A DNA stretch of 64,000 nucleotides from positions 30,634,437-30,698,436 of the forward strand of contig NC_092672.1 of the NCBI RefSeq assembly GCF_964355755.1, read 5' to 3'. Below are positions 12,311-23,791 of this stretch, piece by piece. The position numbers were made by a program, and so were the translations under genes. Within the stretch, counting starts at the first letter, position 1, and each line of letters opens with the position of its first letter. The notes under the pieces were generated by a model, which saw nothing but the letters and a program-made list of their open reading frames with translations, ran no database searches and was not told the DNA's origin. This DNA is from Antedon mediterranea. Taxonomy: Eukaryota > Animalia > Echinodermata.

Positions 12311-15300
12311 TTTCTTATTTTTTTAAATTACGCAGTTATGTAGGCTAATAATTTAAGAACATTTTACAGTAAAAATTTTGTCCATACGACTGTCCGTTGA
12401 GGAGTTGCGAATTTTTAAGTAACTTTTACGCTTCGTTGCACGGCATTGTTTGTCACATCGATCGAACGAAGATGTCTTCCGTTTCGTGAAAAATCTATCA
12501 TTACAAAAAAATTTCTGAAATTTGTCTGTCCAGCGTCAGCGTGTGACTCACTGATATGACCCTTTGCCAATATATATATATAGTTATGCCTATGTATGCC
12601 TAACATGCATGTTAGGTGGAAGGCCAAACTGTTCGAATTCCCTGGCCCGACGAGCGTCTCTAGTAGTAGGCCTAGAGTACAGTACAGAGTAGGCCTAGCC
12701 TAACCAATCGTCTGCTGCGTGCGGCCTTTGCAATGGTGGTAGACGTGGGCCATCATCGAACGGTCTTAAAATGTTAGGATTTACTGGTAGTAACTCCTCT
12801 TCTAGGTCTATATCCGCTACAAAATATTCCTCTTCACTATCCTTTCCAAAATGATTATAAAAATAAGCACTCCTCCGTCGATCATGGAAAAAAAATGGCG
12901 TCGGGGTTTCTCTGTGTAGAGAGCGATGATCGTCCGCCGTGTGTAATTGATATTTTCACACATGCGCACTGTATCTACGTTTCTCCAGCTTCCCGATGCA
13001 AAACGCTAGTAAATTTACAGAAGATTGCCGTAAGAACAGATTTTAAAACTCATTTTAAAAATTAATCGGTTGACAAAAAAAAAATATTTGTATCCGAAAA
13101 TATTAAAAACATATTCATAAACAAAAATGCAAAGCAGATAAGCCAACGCTGTAATAGTATAGAGCCAATCTGCAAAAGACTGTAAATTACCCAATTCTCC
13201 TAATGCAAATTTTTCTTTTAGTGACGTCACAAAAAGATTTTTTGTCACCGATTAGAGGGGGTCCCAGACGTCCATAACATTTAGCATAAAGGTGACTGAC
13301 ATGTTTCTATGCGTATTTTCCGATAATGAAACTAACTCATTTTTTTTTAACATCATTTCATATCCATTTTAATTGTATGATTGTTATTATAAACACTGAT
13401 ACGGAATAAAAGCATCAATCAGGATTGAGCACCGTTTTGCGTATTGTCTTCTTAAATAGTAATATTAAAAATTTAGACCCTAATAATTTAACTAAAAATA
13501 AGAATAATAGATACAGACAGGCCTGTCTTTGGGATCGGTATAAACAGGGCAAAGTTTGTGATTAAAAAGTTCAAATGCATATTCCACCAACCCTTATGTC
13601 TTATAATGTAAAATTATTCTTACCACCGTTCTAATATTGCGTCATGTTTTTGTGTTTACCGCCCCAGATAAAGGACTCTAAAACCACACCGTACCTAATT
13701 AGTTGATGATTGGATCGTTATAGAACGATCGCTTGTATCACGCATGCGTAGAAAGGAAGAAACATTTGTATAATTAAAAGATGATTTAAGTTAGTTGCAG
13801 CAAGTCATACGATAGGCGAAAGGTCGTCACTAGAAGGGTGATAGACAGCCATAATGTATAGTAATTTTAGCTATAAAATGCAGTAAATGTATATGAATAA
13901 GGGAAGCTAAATATCCTGCCAAAGAAGTGAGTCTAATTATGTTAGTTAGTAGAGTCGTAAGTGTGATTTTATTAAGCCGAGCTAGTAGGCTAGCCTCGAT
14001 CATATTTCATAAGCTACAGCGCGAGTAGGCTCATACTGCTGTGATTAACGCTTTGTTGTGCGTTGACGATTAGATATGCGGCGTCGCATGTATTATGGAG
14101 CGACAATTATGTAAGTTAATTGTTTGATTGACGCTGAGGGCGTTTATAGTTTGTTTGTTGCATGATTCGCTAGAGTTGAGGGCGTACGTTAAAATTGTTA
14201 TTATTGTTGTTCTGAATACATTTTGTATGGATTATTTCTGTTTACTTACAGATTGAATAAATACACAAAGCTTATAAAAGGCTTTATATACAATTAGCAG
14301 GAGTTGTTGTTTTCTTACGTAATGCGAATCGCGAACCGCTTACGGGAAGTTCTGCTGATAGAGGGCCAAAATCACATATTAAGGCTATGCACGATAAGGA
14401 CGCGGTAGTTATAGCACTGTATCGATTGCCTAGATACGGATGATGAGTTTTTAACAATGACAGTATGTTACATGATAATATTATGGAAAACAAATCCATG
14501 ATGTGCACATATTAATTTCGGTAGGCTGATTATTCAAAAAAGGTAGTAAAATAACAAACACATCTAAAACGTGTGGTCGTTTTCCCAATATTTTGTCACA
14601 CTGTCCATTGGGCTCTTAAAAAGCTAGAATCACCCATTTTATAATATTATAGTTAGTGTTGATTATTATTATGTGGGTAGGGCGTTAGATCAATGTTGTT
14701 GTATAAGCAGCTGTTACCAAAAAACCGTAATGTAATAGTTATAGAATGGATCGATTGCCCAGAACTTATGAGTAGATTACAACAATGAAGTAAAAGGTTT
14801 TTTCATAAGATAATATTATGAGCAACAATACAAATTGTTTTGTTGCTCATATTTATATTATAGAATCTTTAATGTTTGCGTCCGTTTGAGCATGCGGGAA
14901 ACTTGTCCAGTTATCAGCATAAATACAACCAAAGTTGTTTTGCTTTAAAAACTATGAATTATACCAAGACTGCGGAGAATACAAACTGATGTATGTTCTG
15001 AATGAAAGATTGTAGTCAATAGAAGAAAAAAAAACCGTTTTTGTATAAGGCATCTTTTTTTTGTAGTTAAGAAGTGTTAAAGAAGTTCAACATTGTAATA
15101 ATCGTAAATAAAGAATATCATATTCTTAAACTTGTCAAATGTTATGTTTTTAAATAGAAAATAAAAAGCGACTTTGAAAATGAATTCAATACATGTTTTG
15201 CCTTTTTAAAAAATAGACATATTTTAACTTATCTTTCAAAAATTAACTGTAGTTCATTACAAATTGACTGATTTGCAATAAGAAGAGCAAAGTAAAAACC

Positions 15301-15730
15301 GGAGAAAGAAAACTATTAGATTGAAATAGATTGAAATGAGACAACCATTTTTTTGTTGACATTGAAACGTTCACAGTGAGACTCCTGACAGGAATGGAAT
15401 GATGTCCTATAAAAAGAGCTGTTCGTGTAAGAATTCTATAGGCTAACTTGCTCTTCGGTCTGGAACCATGTTCGGGTAAGCCCGATTCGCCATGTTTGTC
15501 GGATAAAGGAGTGTTTGTATGCACAATAAGCAATAAGCATGTGAAAAGACATTGCATTGTGGCATCCACTACCTAACGAAGGGGCAGGTTCAATTTCGAA
15601 AAAAAACAGAACGTTATGTTAAGGCCACCCATTCCTTTTCTTAAATCCGTTACAGACAATTAAAGCTTAAAACACACCCAACATGATCATATTCATTCAT
15701 TCTTTATTTATAGCTTTTAAAAAAATAATC

Positions 15731-16104
15731 AATAACAGGTTTTGTCATAAAATACTGAGCAACAATAAAACAATGTGAACAGATTACTTTCGCTAGGCTA
15801 ATTGTGTTAATCGTTCAACAATAGTTAGTAGAACAACAATTATCTAGATTTTAATTGGTGAACATCGCCGTTTTGTCAATATGTTGTCACCGTGCTTTTG
15901 AGTATTTGTTGAAAGCGTGAAAGAATCGAAATAATAGGTTTTGTCATAAGATAATATTATGAGCAACAATAATATAATGTGAATGTATTACTTTCGCTAG
16001 GCTTATTATATGTTCATCGTTCAACACTGTAGTAACAATATCTAGATTTTAATTGTTGCACAAAAACGACGTGGCTCTCTTGTCACCATGCTTTTGAATA
16101 ATTG
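15731..16104. repeat. Diverged tandem duplication of a ~190-bp unit
   Basis: Two copies of AGGTTTTGTCATAA...ATTACTTTCGCTAGGCT...ATCTAGATTTTAATTG...GTTGAAAGCGTGAAAGAATCG; a related head occurs near 14795. Confidence 0.8.
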
Positions 16105-17318
16105 TTGAAAGCGTGAAAGAATCGTTCAAACACTTGTATCAGGGTAACAATTGAAAACCAAACAGGTGGTAGTTCACAACGATGCATTTATAATTTCCAC
16201 TGCATCCAGCCTTCAGTAACCACAACATATACAATTTTATTATTTTTTGTTTAAAAAATATACATACATTTTTTAAGAAGTGTGTACATTTGCTATTAAG
16301 TTGTATAGCAACAATGATTCTAATCTGCGCTTTAAGTTGTATTCATTTATTTATTTCATTTATTTTTTACCCATAAATATAAATTATAAACGTTGTAACA
16401 TACAAATAATAATAATAATGATATCAATAATTTCTCTCAAATATACAGTATAATTCTCTGAAATATATAAATAAATATCCTAAACAAACAAATAGTATGT
16501 TTTCATTTCTTTTTTTAATTAGTTAATACCCAATACGCTGTCATGACTGTAACAATCCTATACCGTAGTAGTAATTTCGCAAATACTCGACTTTTAAATT
16601 TTGAATAAACATCAAAAAATGTACTTGGACATCGTACACTACGATTGTGGCCTAAAGTTTACTCTCCCAGCTGTATAAATATTTTGTAAAACGGGTAGAA
16701 ATAGTTCTAAATATTTATATCTACATCATCAAATTAAGCTATATTGTATCGCCACATTTTTCCTGATACGAATATATTGGAAAACACATTATTATTTAGC
16801 AACAAGTTAAAATATAAAATAATAATTAATGCTGATAGATTCATTAATTCACTTTCACTAAAACCAATAGAACTAACTCCAATTAACGAGATGCAAGCCA
16901 TGATTCAACGTTTCTGAAAGTCTTTCTATAGTTTATTCATGAATATTATCTTTAGTTTCTTTGACGTATTAAATCGTCAGGTTCTTGTGTTTCTAAATTG
17001 TGGTGGTAGTATATAGGACTTTGTATACGCACGTGGTTATATGTGCAATCATGTGGCAATGAGCGAGAGTCACTTTCTTGGACAATACGGTATGTTAAGC
17101 TCGACACTACATTATATTATAATAATATTTCAAAAACGAACCTTATTTACAAACATAGGCTTAGATACTTTTTATTTGCACATCTTTGTCTTTTCATACT
17201 TATGTAACTTCATTATTATTAACAGGATTATTTATTTTGATATACTATTACAGGCGTATGCTATTTCTAGGTATTAAATAGAAACGGCGTATTATGGTTC
17301 TACAGTTGAAACTCCAGA

Positions 17319-17425
17319 AAACCACCCTCGGCACCGGGAAAGTGTGGCCGCTTACGGGAGGTGAACCGCTTACGGGAAGTTCTGCCGATAGAGGCCAAAA
17401 TTACATATTATGGCAATGCACGATA
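17319..17425. mobile_element. Tc1/mariner (pogo/Tigger-like) MITE remnant; second fragment at about 14333-14396
   Basis: Internal CCGCTTACGGGA repeats, preceded by a TA-CAGTTGAAACTCC end at about 17300; ~60 bp shared with 14333-14396. Confidence 0.45.
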
Positions 17426-17435
17426 TTTTTCGGCG

Positions 17436-17536
17436 TTTTTAGTCGCGTACAACGCGACTCTACAGCTCACTATGTTGTCGGTCGGTCGGTTGGTCGGTAA
17501 ACACTAACTTGAGCACACGACTGCAGCCATGTATAT
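17436..17536 (+). mobile_element. Minimal, internally deleted DINE-1/HINE-like copy
   Basis: TTTTT-AGTCGCGT-ACA-ACGCGACT 5' hairpin, (GTCG)n, and 3' GAGCACACGACTGCAGCCAT matching the end of 19873-20539. Confidence 0.7.
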
Positions 17537-17829
17537 AACGCAACGAGCATCTCATTTCATTTTATTGTTTATGATCAGATGGTTTAGTAATATTTATGAT
17601 TTTTAGACAAATGTTAAAAGCATTTATCATATGAAAATGGTTCTGTCTGTCTGACAATTCGGTCGGGGAAGCTCGAACCATGGTCGGGTAAGCCCGAATC
17701 ACAGTTAGGTAAAATTCGCCATGTTTTTCGGATAAGAGTGTTTGTATGCACAATAAGTTTAAGCATGTTAAAAGATACTGTAGAGTCGAAAAAACAAAAC
17801 AACGGATCAGAACGTTATGTTAAGGTTAT

Positions 17830-18099
17830 CTATAAATTTGTTTCACGCTTCTCTTCTGTTACTTCTGCAATGTCTACTAACATTTCTACATCTGTACATG
17901 ATGCATCTTTAGGCTCGTACGAAATATAACCCCTGGCTTTGAGTTGATTGAATAGATCGTGCCCTGTGATCTTTGGTTTGCTTAATAAATCTCCAGCACA
18001 GTGGCCATATAGTAGAAGTCTCAGCCAAAACAATTTTTCTCCTGTATATATTTCACTTATATCTGCAAGTAATCCTGGAAATTCTGGATCAAATGACAT
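17830..18099 (-). CDS. Single death effector domain (DED)-like protein, 89 aa; possibly a truncated paralog or pseudogene
   Basis: F..LL.DIS......L..LRLLL......L....TG.DLF..L...GYIS......ML..I pattern of a DED; ATG lies 3 nt after a good acceptor (TTGTTTTCGTTATTCTAG|AAAATG); candidate upstream non-coding exon donor CC|GTAAGC near 18759; the stop falls in the expected last helix. Confidence 0.6.
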   Translation of the reverse strand: MSFDPEFPGLLADISEIYTGEKLFWLRLLLYGHCAGDLLSKPKITGHDLFNQLKARGYISYEPKDASCTDVEMLVDIAEVTEEKRETNL

Positions 18100-18799
18100 T
18101 TTCTAGAATAACGAAAACAAATTGAAAATGTATTGTACTGCAATTAATAACACGGGGCTTTTGTGCATTATTTTACCAATAGATTAGATAGATTTATAAT
18201 TATAATGTATGTATAATGTTTGAAATGGGGGTTCTTTGAACTTATTTGACCTCTATCCACACTCATGTTTCTCGTAATCTAACTTATAATTAATCTATGT
18301 TTTATTTGAATGTACAACTGTATTATTTGATGTGTGTGGACAATTTAATAAAACAAACAAACAAATAAAACTATCATAAAAATAGAACGCATCACATCTG
18401 CCCTACTGCTTGTGAAGTTTTACCTACGTTGTAAACATGTTATAATGTGTAAGCATTGTAGTCCCTTCGATGAATAAACAATAATTACATAAATTATTTA
18501 TAAAAGTTTAATCCCATGCATTGGTTTATATTATAGTACTGCAAATTGTGTTTTTAACAACCGTATGATACACTTTAGGCCTAAATGTTTAGACGTCCCC
18601 ACGCCTAAGTTTTAGCCTAAGCGTCCGTGGTGAGGTAATTATTAGGTTGGATATAACCGCATGTAGTTAGACTTAAATTCAGATTGATTACACAAAGGTA
18701 AAAATACAGATAATCCTAATATAGAATTAATAATTTAAAGGTTTACACACAATGCTTACGGTAAATTTAATACTGTCTCACAATCTCAATCCACCGACT

Positions 18800-19220
18800 T
18801 TGTTCAGGATACATACTTAAACCATACAGTATCGTGTTTTGTGTACTAAAATGGCGTGTCTACTACCCAGAATCCTCATGAATTGAAAATAGAATGATGT
18901 ATTGTCATGATCAACTTCCGTTAAATTCAATTGGAAATTCCAATATGATAAATATAGGCAACTGCTTCGGACTAAAGACTGTTTATTATTATTATTATTA
19001 TTAGTGTTATTATTATTATTATTTGTACAGACAATTGTTGGATTATTGCTCTACAACTGGAACGATGTTACATCGGCGTCTAATCAAACTATATTCTTAG
19101 CACATATACAGCATCATGCTCTATGTTATTTATTCTGTTAAATATAAAAGTGTTGAGGCTTTAATTTTTCCTTCCGTGCGTTTAACGATGCTTCTATACC
19201 AGTCTTTCTTCGACATGGGC
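18800..19220 (-). promoter_or_regulatory. Putative promoter of the DED gene with kappaB-like, ETS-like and YY1-like motifs
   Basis: GGAAATTCC at 18933-18941 inside palindrome ATTGGAA-A-TTCCAAT; ACTTCCG 18914-18920; AAAATGGCG 18848-18856; immediately upstream of the candidate first exon; block conserved in three more copies. Confidence 0.45.
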
Positions 19221-19872
19221 TAGTTTAATAATACTAGTCTTAAAATAGAATCAAAATCATGTGAAGTTAAACAATCTACACACATTTTTTTTAAGTAGAT
19301 GATCATGATCATCAATAATGTGTCAAACATGAGTTGGTGGGATTGTAGTTTTGAAGAACTAAAAGAAAGTGTCAAAAGTACGTTTTCAAGTTTCAAGTTT
19401 CAAGTTTCAATTTATTTAATTAGCAATAAAGATTTCACCATTGAAACTGTCATGTCAGAAAAAGTACATAATACATAATATTATTGCCTCACGCACAGAA
19501 GAAAAAATGTCAAAATTAGTATTCCGCAATGAAAGAAGATATCGCAAAAAATGAAAGTGTGAAATAAAATAAAACAAAAACAAATTGCAAAAACCAAACC
19601 AACCAAATGAAAAGCAGTACGGTAGTACGCTAGTTCATTGCTTGGCCGTACTCTAAGTAAGTATAGGCCAACATTTAGTGGGTAGTGGTCACCTCGTACC
19701 TAAACCAACTCGTACCAATTACATTTGTTGTGAAGCTGGTAAAGTAAATGTGCGAGGCCGTTTAAATTAGTTTCGGACTTTTTTTAATAGTGTTAACCCC
19801 TCTAATTGGTTGCGGTGCTCTTTAATTGTGCAACCCTTTTGAACTTCGGGCTCTTTGGGTTTTTTTTTCTTC

Positions 19873-20539
19873 TTTTTAGTCGCGGGGACGCGACTCTATA
19901 GTTCACTATGTCGGTCGGTCGGTCGGTCTGTCTGTCGGTCGGGTATCACTATGCGTTTTATCGCTTTCTGACCTTATCTTGATATCAGTTTAATCTAGCT
20001 AAGTCAATTTTTCACAGTATATTTCTTATGGCCAGGAATCGATGTGGTTATGTTTTCACGGTGCGCAATAAAAAATTACGCGGTCTACGCACGATTTAAC
20101 GAAATCACGTTTGTAATCATATTTTCACAACCATGAATCACAATTAAATAAAATTTGGTACTCATAAATCTCAGGGCAAAAATCATCATATGGCAATACA
20201 ATTACGTGCGTAGCGCATGTAACGCATGCGTACGCGCGCTTACAATTTTCAAAAATTTATTTTTGATGAAATAAGAGTACGTTTCAGGTAATTTTAAGCG
20301 TTTACAAAATTGCCAGGAGAGCGCAGATTTTGAATTTTGTTGCGCACTCTTTTTGCCCGATTTCTGTTTTCTTGACTTATTTTTCAACTCGAAATTACGT
20401 TATACGAGCACTTCAAAATGTTTTTAAACATTTCAACATTTTTAAACATGTTCAGTAATTTCGGTCAGTTGGTAGGTTGGTCGGTCGGTCGGTAAACACT
20501 AATGAGCACGCGACTGCAGCCATCTATATTGCCTTGTTT
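19873..20539 (+). mobile_element. DINE-1/HINE-like element, uninterrupted copy
   Basis: TTTTT-AGTCGCG-GGGA-CGCGACT 5' hairpin, GTCG/GTCT microsatellites, 3' CACGCGACT subterminal inverted repeat; body nearly identical to 6327-6620 plus 9612-9970. Confidence 0.8.
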
Positions 20540-21509
20540 CTTCTCGTTTATATCCTGCTTTACAGTTACGAGTCACTACAACATCATAAGCCAGGTGCCT
20601 CTAAAAAATACTTGTTTTGTTATTAATATTTGGTGTTACGAGAGATTATATTTATGACAGTAGCAAATGGAAGCAAAAAGAAAGACAACAAAAAAATACA
20701 AATGCAACAAAGCCTATATGTATTACTATATTTTATTAATAATAATTATTAAGTAATACACATATAGACTAATCTACTTCAAAATAATATGGTGTCACAG
20801 GTCTACATGGAAAACGTTTAACTTTAAGTTAATATAATTGAATAAAAACATAACGCTGCAAAAAATTAGGCCCTAAATGAAACTGCTAATAATAAAAAAA
20901 GAAACAAAGTCTGTTTCTATATTTATAAAATCTAGTATAGATCAAAACAGAATATACTGTTGAGAATATGACACTATTTAGCTATAATACGTTTAATAAA
21001 CTTAGGAGAAACTTTAAACAAATAGCTTAATCCACATCGTACCAGTACACCTTGCCAAGAAACAACTATTGTAATTAACTTAATATACAATGCAAGTACA
21101 CCAAACTCAATCTACTATCAAAATCACAAGTTGCAATTATCTAAGCATACTTAGACACTAATTGTTTTACGTATTAAAAAAATACAAATTTTTCAAATTT
21201 AATTTAAAAGAATTTACATTATATTCAAACTATTAAAATTGAGGTATAGTTTAATAACCAACATTACGATCGATTTATCGGCAATAAGGTAATAATATGG
21301 TTTCTTTGATCTGTATTCTAATGATTGGTTGAAATCAATTGGTTCTTTCAATGTTGTTATTGTACTAAATTGATACCTTAAATATTTGTAATATATCTAC
21401 CAGTTTGAGCAGCAGTTTTAACGTTTTCTAAAATTTCTTGAAATTACCATATTTGTCAACAGTTAGCTTTGTAGGCATTGAAAATGGTTTCATTAGTTTT
21501 GTACATAAT

Positions 21510-22160
21510 TAAGTCACATTTGATGCCTGCATGTATGTCTATCATTGCATTAAGTCACATTTGATGCCTGCATGTATGTCTATCATTGCATTAAGTCACA
21601 TTTGATGCCTGCATGTATGTCTATCATTGCATTAAGGCACATTTGATGCCTGCATGTATGTCTATCATTGCATTAAGTCACATTTGATGCCTGCATGTAT
21701 GTCTATCATTGCATTAAGTCACATTTGATGCCTGCATGTATGTCTATCACTGCATTAAGTCACATTTGATGCCTGCATGTATGTCTATCATTGCATTAAG
21801 TCACATTTGATGCCTGCATGTATGTCTATCATTGCATTAAGTCACATTTGATGCCTGCATGTATGTCTATCATTGCATTAAGTCACATTTGATGCCTGCA
21901 TGTATGTCTATCATTGCATTAAGTCACATTTGATGCCTGCATGTATGTCTATCATTGCATTAAGTCACATTGGATGCCTGCATGTATGTCTATCATTGCA
22001 TTAAGTCACAATTGATGCCTGCATGTATATCTATCATTGCATTAAGTCACATTTGATGCCTGCATGTATGTCTATCATTGCATTAAGTCACATTTGATGC
22101 CTGCATGTATGTTTATTATTGCATTAAGTCACATTTGATGCCTGCATGTATGTTTATCAT
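21510..22160. repeat. 41-bp minisatellite, about 16 near-identical copies, in the predicted 3'UTR of the DED-TIR gene
   Basis: Unit TAAGTCACATTTGATGCCTGCATGTATGTCTATCATTGCAT; period 41 from 21511 to 22126. Confidence 0.97.
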
Positions 22161-23083
22161 AGCTGATCGTCGGTGCCAACCCAGACCATCACATTTGATA
22201 CTGAAAAAGAAAAAAAACCGGAGAATATACACTTTTATCCATATATATTACTATATAATGGGTCTTTAAATATATGTTTTAGATTGTTTTTGTTTGCATC
22301 CAAAGGGACAAAAAAACATGTAATTTATTTATTTAAAAAAGCAATATAAGATTTACTAAATAATAACTTATTTTATTTGTTTAAATATCGTCATTGTTAA
22401 CGTTGAAAGTGAGAACGAAGTAAAATGTAATAGAGAAAACGAAAAATGATAAATGATATGAAATTGTTGGTAACTGGTATATAAACTAGTATCTCTTTAT
22501 TCTTTACTTAGGTCCTACAAATTTCCATCAGCAGCAGTAAATTATGCATTGTTATTGTTCTTTATTACAAAACATGACATGTACATTTCCTATTAAATGT
22601 AGTAATACTAAGATAATTTAATAAACCAAATAAAATTACTCCTTACTTTTTCCAGCTCTTCAATATTCCTAATCAAGGTGTTGATATTTTCCTCATACCT
22701 TATTGTTTTTGAAAAATCAATATAAAATCTACCCGCAATCACTTGCTGAATTTGTGAATCTTTTTTCGGTTTATATGACTCCATTTTCAAAGGAATTAAC
22801 TTTTTGTCGTACTCCAAAACTTTGTCACATTCTGAAAAAAAAATGATAAACACATCAACATGAAATACATTGACAATTGTTATTTCTATGAATTTTCTTT
22901 ATCTTTCAATTCATTGAAAACCCTATTTTTAGTCAGTTATACAAACAATTAAAATGTCTGTAGTAGAGAACGTGTGTATTACTCTGCTACCTGTAATAAG
23001 TGCGTATTTACCGAATTTGCAGAATTCGCTTTCTTCGTAGGCTTTCGAAGTACACAATAGAACTATGCTTGAGTCGCTTATAG

Positions 23084-23791
23084 TGTAATATAATGTTTTG
23101 TTTTTGAGGTACTAATGAAAGACTCTTACTCGCTTAACTGTCGTAACACATATATTGTTTATTCAGTATAATACTTCAGTACAATAATGATTCGGTACAA
23201 TATACTACAGTATTAGGATAAGGATACAGAGGATCAGTGATGCTGTCGGTGAGGTGTGAAGTGTGTAGGTCCCGTGTAGGTCTGCTTCTGGAGAAGTGAC
23301 TGTGAGGTGTAGATGTTCTTCTGAAGAAGTGGCTGTGAGGTGTAGATGTTCCGTGAAGTGGCTGTAAGGTGTAGATGTTCTTCTGAAGAAGTGGCTGTGA
23401 GGTGTGTCTGGGCCCTTCTGAAACTTGGGAGTATATTAGCCCTCGGTTCATTTGCATATGTCACTACGTAATCTGTGAGGGTAACGATTGGTCCTAAGTT
23501 GATCCAGGGGTGTTTAAGTGGGAGTGATTAACGGTATAATAAGGTATTTCTATGATGGATGACACTGTCAAATCTGTACTTAAATAGTATCAATCTCTCC
23601 TGATTTAACGGTGGGAAAAGTCACAAAATTAAGCTAAGTGTTTTCTTTAGGGATTCTATTATAAACTAAATGGTCATTAAAAACATCTGGACAAACTCTC
23701 CTCTGGACTTTCTGGGTCAAGTTTGTGAACCTATTTGAATTCCGATACAAAGGTCAATTTCTTAAATATAAAAGTATATCGTTATATTACA
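23084..23791 (-). mobile_element. Solo LTR (Ty3/gypsy-like, 708 bp) inserted in a TIR-coding exon
   Basis: TGTAATATAA...TTATATTACA 10-bp terminal inverted repeat; 4-bp TSD ATAG (23080-23083, 23792-23795); removing it restores the frame LDKAISDSS; minus-strand AATAAA at about 23158-23163; internal 27-33 bp tandem repeats at about 23280-23405. Confidence 0.9.

Noticed and set aside
21510-22160. CRISPR-like array
   Set aside because: Contiguous 41-bp units with no unique spacers, no cas genes and a eukaryotic context.
23176-23464. Repetitive ORFs (TSQPLLQKNIY / HLTATS)
   Set aside because: They derive from tandem repeats inside the solo LTR.
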